A stretch of 64,000 bases of DNA from Pseudomonadota bacterium. Its GTDB lineage: Bacteria; Pseudomonadota; Alphaproteobacteria; UBA2136; JASBTF01. The notes under the pieces were generated by a model, which was not told the origin of the DNA, made no database searches, and saw nothing but the letters and a program-made list of their open reading frames with translations. Position numbers and translations under genes: made by a program. The stretch lies in the NCBI GenBank assembly GCA_030148545.1, contig JASBTF010000001.1, forward strand, positions 68,885 to 132,884, given 5' to 3'. Below are positions 31,632 through 39,638 of the stretch, piece after piece. Position 1 is the stretch's first letter, and each line of letters starts with the position of its first letter.

Positions 31632-32468
31632 ATGGAAAGTTTAATTGCCACGTTGCGCCGTAATTTGCGCGATTGGATTAACCCCGACCACGATGACCTG
31701 CGTGATCAGCTAGAAGCACGTGAAGCCGACGCACCGCTGAGTCATGAAGAACGTGAGTTGCTTAACAATGCACTCGCCTTTCGTGATGTGACGGTGGAAG
31801 ATGTATCGGTACCGCGCAGTGAGGTGGAATATGTGGCGCTGGAAGATAGCTACCAAGTGGTACTGAGCGCGTTTACGGAAAATCGCCACAGCCGTATGCC
31901 GGTGGTGGGTGAAAACTTAGATGATGTGCAAGGCTTTATTACGCTGAAAGACCTGTTGGGTGTGGATGAGGCTACGTTTAACTTGGCGGAGCTGATGCGT
32001 AAGCCAACCTTTGTGCCAGAGAGCATGCCAATTGGCCGTGTGCTTGCCATGATGCGCCGCGATAAAGTGCAAATGGCCATTGCGGTGGATGAATATGGCG
32101 GCACGGCAGGTTTAGTATCGTTAAAAGATGTTTTGGCCGAACTTGTTGGTGAGCTAGAGGACGAAAACGAACAAGCTGATCAGCAAATTGTGGTGGTGGC
32201 TCCAGGGCGCTGGAAGCTAGACCCACGCTTGATGCTGGTAGATTTGCAAGAGCAGTTGAATCTGCTGATTCTGCCAACTGATGTAGACCCTGATGATTTG
32301 CCTTACGAAACTGTAAGTGGTTTGCTGATGCACTTGGCTGGCCGTGTGCCAGAAGTGGGCTACATGCACCAACTGGGCAACCACAGCACTCTTACTGTTA
32401 CCGAGACCGATGGCCGCCGTATCCGCAGTGTGGAGCTTAAGCGCCTAACAGCAAGCAAGGCGGCGTAA
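31632..32468 (+). CDS. corC: CorC/HlyC-family protein (CBS pair plus CorC_HlyC transporter-associated domain)
   Basis: Conserved ybeY-corC-lnt gene order. CBS-domain spacing. C-terminal CorC_HlyC-like segment. Confidence 0.8.
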   Translation: MESLIATLRRNLRDWINPDHDDLRDQLEAREADAPLSHEERELLNNALAFRDVTVEDVSVPRSEVEYVALEDSYQVVLSAFTENRHSRMPVVGENLDDVQGFITLKDLLGVDEATFNLAELMRKPTFVPESMPIGRVLAMMRRDKVQMAIAVDEYGGTAGLVSLKDVLAELVGELEDENEQADQQIVVVAPGRWKLDPRLMLVDLQEQLNLLILPTDVDPDDLPYETVSGLLMHLAGRVPEVGYMHQLGNHSTLTVTETDGRRIRSVELKRLTASKAA

Positions 32469-32469
32469 T

Positions 32470-33903
32470 ATGCGTTATGAGCGACTTCGCTTGTGGTTGC
32501 TCATGTGTCCACGTCGCACTGCGGTGGCGGCGGGGGTTATGCTTACTTTGGGTTTTGCCCCTTTCCATATTTGGCCCGTGGCGCTTGCTGGTGTCGCCAT
32601 ATTTTTGTGGTTGTTTAACCATGTAAGCAGCGTGCGTGCGGCACTGGGTTATGGGGTGTTGTTCAGCTTTGCACATCACCTAAGCGCGTTGTATTGGATG
32701 CCGCAAGCCCTCGCTTTAGACAGTGGCCACTGGTGGATGGCGTTGGTTGGTGGGGTGCCGGCCTTGCTTGCGGTGACGGCATATTTAACCTTGTTAACTT
32801 TAGTGCCGCTGCTGTTGGTGCGGCGTTGGGCGTGGCTGTTGCCTGTTGGTTGGCTGATTGGTGAACTGCTTAAAAACCACCCTGAATTTGGGTTCCCGTG
32901 GTTACCGCTAGGCGTGTTGTGGAGCGAGAGCGTATGGCTGCGCCAGCCAGCAGCGTGGGTTGGGGTATATGGCTTGAGTTTTTGCGCTGCGGTGGTGGCG
33001 GTGTTGTGGTCGCAGCAGCGGTGGCGCTGGGGCATGGCCACCTTGGTGGTTTTAGCCTTAGCAGGTGGGTTGCGCTTGCATAGCTATACACCAGCGCTAC
33101 AGGAAAACGATGCCCTGACGGCGAGTTTGATTCAGCCCAACTTGCCCCCCGCTCATGGGTGGGATGCAGCAACACGGCAAAAATATGTAGCCCAATTGGT
33201 GGAGATGACCACCGCAGCCAGTGGTACCTTGGTGGTATGGCCCGAAACAGCCATAGCTTACGACCTGACCAGTAACCGCTATTTGCGTGCCGTTATGGCC
33301 GCGCCATTGGCACAGGAGCAGGTGATTATCAGCGGTTTTCCACGTTATGATTTTGCCGCAGGTGAGGTGAGTAATTATTATAATAGTATGGCCGTGTTGG
33401 CCCCCAGTGCCGAGGTGCTAGATGTATATGACAAACAACTACTGGTGCCCTTTGGGGAGCGTATTCCGTTAAAAAATAAGCTGCCATTAAACATTCGTAC
33501 GCTGGCGTTTAACCGTGCCGATTATACCCCCGGTAGTGGGCAGCCGCAGCTTGGCCTTGGTGATGGCAACTGGGCGTTACCACTGGTGTGCTATGAAGCT
33601 ATTTTTAGCAAGCATGTGGTGCAGCACAGTGCCAATAAACGCCTGTTGTTGAATGTAACGAATGATGCATGGTTTAACGGTACAACCGCACCCCACCAAC
33701 ATGCAGCATTAGCGCGCCTACGTGCGGTGGAAAATGGTAAGCCGTTAGTACGGGTGGGGAACACAGGGGTCAGCATGGTGACCAATGCCTTTGGCCGTAC
33801 GGTCAAAAAACTTCCAGCGGAGGAACAGGTACAAGCTACGGTGATCGTGCCGCCAGCGTTGCAACAGCCCACACTGTACCAGCGTTGGTTGAATGAGTTT
33901 TGA
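32470..33903 (+). CDS. lnt: Apolipoprotein N-acyltransferase
   Basis: N-terminal polytopic membrane region, then a CN-hydrolase domain with VCYEAIF (catalytic Cys). Confidence 0.85.
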   Translation: MRYERLRLWLLMCPRRTAVAAGVMLTLGFAPFHIWPVALAGVAIFLWLFNHVSSVRAALGYGVLFSFAHHLSALYWMPQALALDSGHWWMALVGGVPALLAVTAYLTLLTLVPLLLVRRWAWLLPVGWLIGELLKNHPEFGFPWLPLGVLWSESVWLRQPAAWVGVYGLSFCAAVVAVLWSQQRWRWGMATLVVLALAGGLRLHSYTPALQENDALTASLIQPNLPPAHGWDAATRQKYVAQLVEMTTAASGTLVVWPETAIAYDLTSNRYLRAVMAAPLAQEQVIISGFPRYDFAAGEVSNYYNSMAVLAPSAEVLDVYDKQLLVPFGERIPLKNKLPLNIRTLAFNRADYTPGSGQPQLGLGDGNWALPLVCYEAIFSKHVVQHSANKRLLLNVTNDAWFNGTTAPHQHAALARLRAVENGKPLVRVGNTGVSMVTNAFGRTVKKLPAEEQVQATVIVPPALQQPTLYQRWLNEF

Positions 33904-33905
33904 TG

Positions 33906-33995
33906 CTTTCACGGTCGGCAAAGCCGCCGCTCGGCACCAGGGGCGCCCTGGACCCGCGCCAACCTACTGACTCCGGCAGCTAGGGATGGTGAGTG
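33906..33995. repeat. GC-rich palindromic dispersed repeat, copy b
   Basis: CGGTCGGCAAAGCCGCCGCTCGGCACCAGGGGCGCCCTGGACCCGCGCC… Near-identical core to the inverted copy at 46100-46188. Confidence 0.5.
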
Positions 33996-34049
33996 GCTAC
34001 ATTATTTAAAGTTGCATCCTTACATTAAATAACGGTACACTTTTTAACT

Positions 34050-34652
34050 ATGTGGATTCCTCAACTTTCTCCTAACTTTGAACCGCGACAAGAACTGGTG
34101 CAATACGTGGTTTTGCACGCTATGAACATGCCCACCACGCAGGATGCGCTGAACATGCTGTGCGACCCACAAAGCAAGGTGAGCAGCCACTATGTGGTTG
34201 ACCGCGACGGTACGGTGTATCAGCTGGTGTCGGAAAATTGTGTGGCGTGGCATGCCGGTGAAAGCGCCTGGGGCAGCGAGAAGAATTTGAACCGTAACAG
34301 CATTGGTATTGAGCTAATTGGCGAGCCACATAAGCCCGATGGCACCTATACCGAGCAGCAATATTCGCGGCTTAAAGTACTGCTTACATCGCTTAAAAAT
34401 CGCTACGGTATTGAACCACATAACGTGGTGGGTCATAGCGATATTGCACCCGAGCGTAAAACCGACCCCGGCGCTGGATTTGAGTGGTTTCGCCTAGAGC
34501 AAGATGGTTTGGTAGAGCGCCCAAACTTTACCGAACATACAGTATATGCCGAGCTTAATGACTATGGTTACCAAGGCTCCGAGGCGGCAGTACGGCGTGC
34601 GGTGATGCGGCGATTGGGCATTAAGCCACCTATTTCCGTCTTAAACCCGTAA
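34050..34652 (+). CDS. N-acetylmuramoyl-L-alanine amidase, AmpD/amidase_2 family
   Basis: …VVLHAMNMPT…SSHYVVDRDGTVYQLV…CVAWHAGESAWG…NRNSIGIELIG…VVGHSDIAPERKTDPG. Confidence 0.8.
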   Translation: MWIPQLSPNFEPRQELVQYVVLHAMNMPTTQDALNMLCDPQSKVSSHYVVDRDGTVYQLVSENCVAWHAGESAWGSEKNLNRNSIGIELIGEPHKPDGTYTEQQYSRLKVLLTSLKNRYGIEPHNVVGHSDIAPERKTDPGAGFEWFRLEQDGLVERPNFTEHTVYAELNDYGYQGSEAAVRRAVMRRLGIKPPISVLNP

Positions 34653-34777
34653 AATTCCCCAACGGGTGATTTATGCACATCGTTTTGAGCTTCGGCAGGC
34701 TCATGTATGTTTCTCATATACACGTCGCTTACCTCAGCCCTGCAACGATGCACCTAAATACACCCTTGGAAAAATTT
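34651..34777. mobile_element. MITE-like dispersed repeat, copy B
   Basis: AAAATTCCCCAACGGG…CCCTTGGAAAAATTT terminal inverted repeats. Starts at the TAA stop of the amidase gene. A truncated extra copy of the element end (…GCCCCATTGGAAAATTTTTGAA) lies at ~34800-34872. Confidence 0.6.
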
Positions 34778-34889
34778 TGAAAAAGAGTTGCCTGCGGTGC
34801 TTGCCATTGGCGAAAACATCCCTAAATCACGATATTTACCTATTCGAAGTACGCCCCATTGGAAAATTTTTGAAGGACAGTTGAACTGC

Positions 34890-34992
34890 CTCCCCCCTCA
34901 TTGCGAGCGTAGCGAAGCAATCTCCCAGACACCTCGGGCCTTGCTGGAGAGATCGTCGCGTCACCTACAGCTCTTCGCGATGAGGGGGCTAA
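34890..34992. repeat. Palindromic repeat element, degenerate copy 2 (CCCCCCTCATTGCGAGCGTAGCGAAGCAATC…CTTCGCGATGAGGGGGC)
   Basis: Same CATTGCGAG…GCAATC core as the 9818-9905 element. Arms are imperfect. Confidence 0.4.
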
Positions 34993-35126
34993 CCAAAGGT
35001 GTTAGCCGATGAGTAAAGCTTTATGGGTCGTGGTCCCTAGGTCCCGTTAGGGACTAGGTCCACGCGAGGGCTGGGGTGTCCCCAGTGCCTTGTGGTGGCT
35101 TTGCCAGCCACAAGAGCATCCTATTA

Positions 35127-35978
35127 TTACTCATATTTCCCAATAGGAGCATTGGGGAGTAGGCGCTTCAGCTCGTCGTAAACATGGGCGGGCGCGGAGA
35201 TATATCCGGCAATGCAGGTATCCACTAGGTTATATTGAATAGGCGCGCCGGCAAGGTCGGTTACGCGTTGGCCAAGCTCGCTCGCAATCAGCTCGCCTGC
35301 GGCTAAATCCCACGTGCTTTTAGGTTTTACACTGGTGGCCACGGCCAGTGGCTGCACACCGCTGGCAGCTAAAATATATGCAGCAGAACCCAGTGGCTCT
35401 ACGCGTACATGTGGGGTGAGCATATCCAGCAGGCCTTGCTCATGCTCGGTATGGCTGCCAATGCAGGTGTGGTCGGAGAGGTCGGAAACGGGGATGTCGA
35501 GCATGTCGATATTGCGGCCGTTGAGCTGCACACCTTGGTCGCGCATGGCCACATAAAGCTCGTTACGTAATGGTGCGTAAAGGGCGGACATCAGAGGTCG
35601 TTGGTTTTCAATAAGCGCCACAGAAACAGCAAACTGGTAGCGGTTTTCCACCGCTTGGGAGCGGGTAAGGCCGCTTTTGTGCCAATCTAAAAAACGTTTG
35701 GTGCCATCTAGTGGGTCTACCACCCATACCCGTTTTTTCTTTAAGCGGCTGGCGCTGTCCTTAGTTTCTTCACTGAGCCAGCCATAGCTGGGGGTCAGCG
35801 CTAGGAGCTCTTGGCGTAAAAATGTGTCGGCCGCTTTATCAGCCGCGGTTACGGGGTTAAAGCGCTCGCCGGGTTTTAGCTCGGTCTCGGTTTGTTTGCC
35901 TTGATAGCTCAAAACTAGCTCACCAGCATGACGGGTGAGGCGGGCAAGGTGTTGCAGGAGCTCGGCATCGTTATTCAT
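35127..35978 (-). CDS. Inositol monophosphatase / CysQ-family 3'(2'),5'-bisphosphate nucleotidase
   Basis: …WVVDPLDGTKRFL… metal-binding motif and the overall IMPase fold pattern. Confidence 0.8.
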   Translation of the reverse strand: MNNDAELLQHLARLTRHAGELVLSYQGKQTETELKPGERFNPVTAADKAADTFLRQELLALTPSYGWLSEETKDSASRLKKKRVWVVDPLDGTKRFLDWHKSGLTRSQAVENRYQFAVSVALIENQRPLMSALYAPLRNELYVAMRDQGVQLNGRNIDMLDIPVSDLSDHTCIGSHTEHEQGLLDMLTPHVRVEPLGSAAYILAASGVQPLAVATSVKPKSTWDLAAGELIASELGQRVTDLAGAPIQYNLVDTCIAGYISAPAHVYDELKRLLPNAPIGKYE

Positions 35979-36014
35979 CGTTTAGCCAAACTATCACAAA
36001 AGAGATACGCGCCA

Positions 36015-36042
36015 AACGAAAACCCCGCCAAAAGGCGGGGTG
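36015..36042 (-). terminator. Rho-independent terminator (minus strand)
   Basis: Minus strand reads ACCCCGCCttttGGCGGGGT followed by TTTCGTTTG. Confidence 0.5.
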
Positions 36043-36060
36043 TCGTTATGGGTTGGTGTA

Positions 36061-36264
36061 TTAAAACCAACCCTTGGTAATAGCAGTGTCAACAACGCCA
36101 ACATGGTTATTGTTGCGGTGGTCGTCAACCAGCTTTTGGGCGGTGCCAAATACTGGGAAACTTCGACGCAGAGCATCGGTATCTTCGCGGTGCAAGTCTC
36201 GTGCAGTTTTGTCGCCAATAGCGGTATCACGCACAACGCCACGGCAAAAATCATGAATGCTCAT
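36061..36264 (-). CDS. Small hypothetical protein (67 aa)
   Basis: Excellent RBS (AGGAGATTGCC-ATG) on the minus strand. Terminator downstream. Preferred over the overlapping alternative-frame ORFs. Confidence 0.55.
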   Translation of the reverse strand: MSIHDFCRGVVRDTAIGDKTARDLHREDTDALRRSFPVFGTAQKLVDDHRNNNHVGVVDTAITKGWF

Positions 36265-36290
36265 GGCAATCTCCTAAAAAGTGAAAGTTT

Positions 36291-36950
36291 GAGCGGGCGG
36301 CAATAACGCCGCCCGCCTACAGCAGGGAGCCGGACAGCCTTACGGCTTTAACGACACTCCTCATGCTGTGCATAACTCAGCGGGTGGCACACACGGTTGG
36401 GAGTGTGTGTCACCCGCCTAGCAGTGGAGAGAACAGTCAACCTGAAGGGGACTTTAACGCCCTCAATCCGCTGCAAAAAAGGGTGAGAGAGGGGTCCGGT
36501 CAGAGCGAAGCCCGCAGGAGGCCCCCTCTCTCATTAGCCGCCTCCATTGGGCAACTTGTGTAGGTTGACGGGTGGCAGAAAGGCGCGAACACTTTCTATG
36601 GAGTGCCACCCGCCGGCGGTATGATGAAGCTTGTTACTCCTCGTCTGGCGGCTGCCGGTGAGGGTTTACAAACAGTGGGCTTCTTCCACCGCAATAGAAG
36701 GGTGAGAGAGAGGAGGGGCGCAGGGTAACCCATGGGGGCTCCTCCTCTCTCTCGGTGGCGGCTCAGGTAGCCCCCTGGGTGTTCTAACTTGTGTGGGTTT
36801 ACGGGAGACAACACTTGGGGATGTTGCCTCCCGCCCCCGCTCACCAGCTCCCGCTGGTAACTTAAAGCATCAATTAGAAAAAGGACTCATCGCTAAGGCG
36901 ACATATTTGAATACAGATTTAAGCTTGGCAGCGGCGGTTGTCAAGTTTAT
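36291..36950 (-). ncRNA. Candidate structured non-coding region with two tandem ~220-bp hairpin-rich units (possible tandem sRNAs or a long 5' leader)
   Basis: No ORF. Long perfect hairpins at 36379-36424, 36487-36533 (GAGAGAGGGG…CCCCTCTCTC) and 36705-36752 (GAGAGAGAGGAGG…CCTCCTCTCTCTC). Each is followed by the conserved AACTTGTGT(A/G)GGTT(G/T)ACGGG. On the minus strand the GA/CT hairpins are followed by U-runs. Confidence 0.3.
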
Positions 36951-36959
36951 AACTAGCGT

Positions 36960-39557
36960 ATGAATTTACCGAACACCCCGATGATGCAGCAATACGCCGC
37001 GCTAAAAGCCCAAAACGAAGGCTTTTTGCTGTTTTACCGCATGGGGGATTTTTATGAGCTATTTGCCGAGGATGCGGAGGTGGCTCATGGTGTGCTCGGC
37101 ATTACGCTAACCCGCCGCCGTACCAGTAAAGATGGTGATGCGGGCATCCCCATGTGTGGTGTGCCGTTCCATGCGGCGGAGGGGTATATTGCCAAGCTGC
37201 TTAAAGCTGGCCACAAAGTGGCGCTGTGCGAGCAAACCGAAACACCGAAACAAGCCAAAGCACGCGCGGGTGCCAAAGCACTTGTGGCGCGAGAAGTAAC
37301 ACGTTTATTCACTGGCGGTACCGTGCTGGAAGACCACTTGCTAGATGCTGGTGCCCACCAACTGTTGGCTGTTTATGCGGCTGATACGGCGTTGCAGCAG
37401 GGTGCGTTGGCGTGGTCGGATATTTCTACCGGAGAGCTATGGGTGGAGCAAGTATCCCCCGCGCAGTTGGCTACGGCTGTGCAGCGCATTGGTCCACAGG
37501 AGCTGGTGGTGAGCGAAAAAGTGGCCGACGCCGTGGGCATGGCGCTGAATGGTCGGCATCAGTTGACAGTGCAGGATGGGGTGTATAGCCGCATGAGTGC
37601 TGCACAAGAGCTGCTGGAACGTAGTTATAATGTGGTTAAATTGATTCCATTTGGCCTCACCGAAGATACACAAGTGCAAGCAGTGGCGGCATTGTGGCGT
37701 TATGTGGAGCTGACGCAAATGGGCCGTGCTCCTAAGTTGCAGCGCCCACAGTTGATTAGTCGTGGCGCCTACGTGCAAATTGATGCCCGCACCCGCCAAC
37801 ATTTGGAGCTAACCCACACCCAAACAGGTAGCTTTAAAGGCAGCTTGTGGCATGCGGTGGATGCTACAGTAACAGCCGCAGGTCGCCGTTTGTTGGGTGA
37901 TTGGTTATGCCTGCCGTTGATGGATGTCGCAACGCTGAACAGCCGCCAAGCTTTGGTGCAGCAAGCAGCTACGCAAACCACAGCCACACAAACGTTGCGC
38001 ACGCAGCTGGCACAAACATTGGATATTGCACGTGCTATTGGCCGCTTGAGCCTTGGCCGTGGTGGCCCACGTGACTTGGGTGCACTGCGCCAAACGTTGC
38101 TGGCGTTACCGGAAATTCAAACCACGGTGCAAGAGCTAGAAAATACTGATACGGAGCTATTTGTACAGCGCTTGCAGCAAGCAGCACAGCAAGTGGCACC
38201 CGTTATTGCTGAACTGAGCGATGCGCTGGTCGCCACCGATGAATTGCCGCTGTTGGCGCGCGATGGGGATTTTATTGCGACAGGATATGATGCAGACCTA
38301 GACAAACAACGCGAGCTACAACAAAACGGTACTCGTTTGTTGCAGGCGTTAGAGCACCGTGAGGCCGACCGTACTGGCGTGCCGATGAAGTTGAAATATA
38401 ACAAAGTATGGGGTTGGTTTTTTGAAGTTACCAAAACCCATGCGAACAAACTGCCGCCGGAGTTTATTCATAAACAAACCACGGCTAATGCGCAGCGCTT
38501 TACCACCACTGGCCTTGCTGAGTTAGAACGTGAACTAAACAGCAGCACCGCCGGTGCCCAAGCCCGTGAGCTGGAGCTATTTGATGCGTTATGTACTGCC
38601 GTAACAGCAGCGAGTAGTGAACTGCAAAATTTGGCACAACAGCTTGCTCAGCTAGATGTTTTGGTGGCGGCTGGCACCTTGCTACAACAGAGCGATTGGG
38701 TGCTGCCACAGCTTAATGAGGGTACAGACTTTACCATTACCGATGGTAAGCACCCTGTTGTGGCACGCACGGTGGATAAATTTATGGCCAACAGCTGCGC
38801 ACTATCGGGTGGACAGTTCTGGCTGGTGACGGGGCCTAACATGGCCGGTAAATCCACCTTTTTGCGCCAACAAGCGTTGATAACTGTGTTGGCGCAAATT
38901 GGTTACCCAGTGCCAGCTAAGGCGGCAACCATTGGTGTGGTGGACCAAATCTTCACCCGTTTGGGGGCCAGCGATAATTTGGCGGCTGGGGAATCCACCT
39001 TTATGACCGAAATGCTGGAAACAGCGCATATTTTACACCATGCAACCAACAAAAGCTTGGTACTGCTGGATGAAATTGGCCGCGGTACGGCAACGTGGGA
39101 TGGTCTTTCCATTGCGTGGGCGTGTTTGGAGCACGTGCTGGAGCAGGTAAATTGCCGCGGTATGTTTGCGACCCACTACCATGAGCTGACCCAATTGGCA
39201 GACCAGCATAACGCTTTGCACAATGTGCATGTGGCAGTAAAGGAATGGCAGGACGATATTGTGTTTCTGCACCAGGTAAAACAAGGGGCTGCACCAGGGA
39301 GTTATGGGGTGCATGTGGGCCGTTTGGCAGGGTTGCCGGCATCGGTTGTGCAGCGCGCACAAGACCTGCTCACCGAGTTTGAAAACGAAACTGGTGACAT
39401 GGGTAAACGAGCGCCAAAGCCTTTGCCACTGTTCCAAGTAGCGCCTACGGCTGAGCCAAGTGTGGTGGAGGCAGAAATTAAAACCCTAGACCTTGATGCG
39501 CTTTCTCCGCGTGATGCATGGCAAAAGTTAGCCGATTTACAAAAAACCACAGGGTGA
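36960..39557 (+). CDS. mutS: DNA mismatch repair protein MutS
   Basis: N-terminal MMQQYAALKAQNEGFLLFYRMGDFYELF. Walker A GPNMAGKST. Walker B LVLLDEIGRGT. Confidence 0.95.
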   Translation: MNLPNTPMMQQYAALKAQNEGFLLFYRMGDFYELFAEDAEVAHGVLGITLTRRRTSKDGDAGIPMCGVPFHAAEGYIAKLLKAGHKVALCEQTETPKQAKARAGAKALVAREVTRLFTGGTVLEDHLLDAGAHQLLAVYAADTALQQGALAWSDISTGELWVEQVSPAQLATAVQRIGPQELVVSEKVADAVGMALNGRHQLTVQDGVYSRMSAAQELLERSYNVVKLIPFGLTEDTQVQAVAALWRYVELTQMGRAPKLQRPQLISRGAYVQIDARTRQHLELTHTQTGSFKGSLWHAVDATVTAAGRRLLGDWLCLPLMDVATLNSRQALVQQAATQTTATQTLRTQLAQTLDIARAIGRLSLGRGGPRDLGALRQTLLALPEIQTTVQELENTDTELFVQRLQQAAQQVAPVIAELSDALVATDELPLLARDGDFIATGYDADLDKQRELQQNGTRLLQALEHREADRTGVPMKLKYNKVWGWFFEVTKTHANKLPPEFIHKQTTANAQRFTTTGLAELERELNSSTAGAQARELELFDALCTAVTAASSELQNLAQQLAQLDVLVAAGTLLQQSDWVLPQLNEGTDFTITDGKHPVVARTVDKFMANSCALSGGQFWLVTGPNMAGKSTFLRQQALITVLAQIGYPVPAKAATIGVVDQIFTRLGASDNLAAGESTFMTEMLETAHILHHATNKSLVLLDEIGRGTATWDGLSIAWACLEHVLEQVNCRGMFATHYHELTQLADQHNALHNVHVAVKEWQDDIVFLHQVKQGAAPGSYGVHVGRLAGLPASVVQRAQDLLTEFENETGDMGKRAPKPLPLFQVAPTAEPSVVEAEIKTLDLDALSPRDAWQKLADLQKTTG

Positions 39558-39638
39558 CGTAAACAGCACAGCCGTTGTGCTGGCTGTACTAAAAATTGTT
39601 CTACAAGGCATGACAGGGCCTGCTTGCTCGCTTAGAAT

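Noticed and set aside
35994-36254. Alternative 86-aa minus-strand ORF overlapping the 67-aa gene
   Set aside because: It is low-complexity and hydrophobic with no RBS. The 36061-36264 frame has a textbook AGGAGA RBS.
36470-36860. Possible CRISPR array suggested by repeated GA/CT-rich hairpins
   Set aside because: There are only two units, each ~220 bp long and internally complex, with no short regularly spaced direct repeats and no cas genes. Treated as tandem structured RNA or leader units instead.
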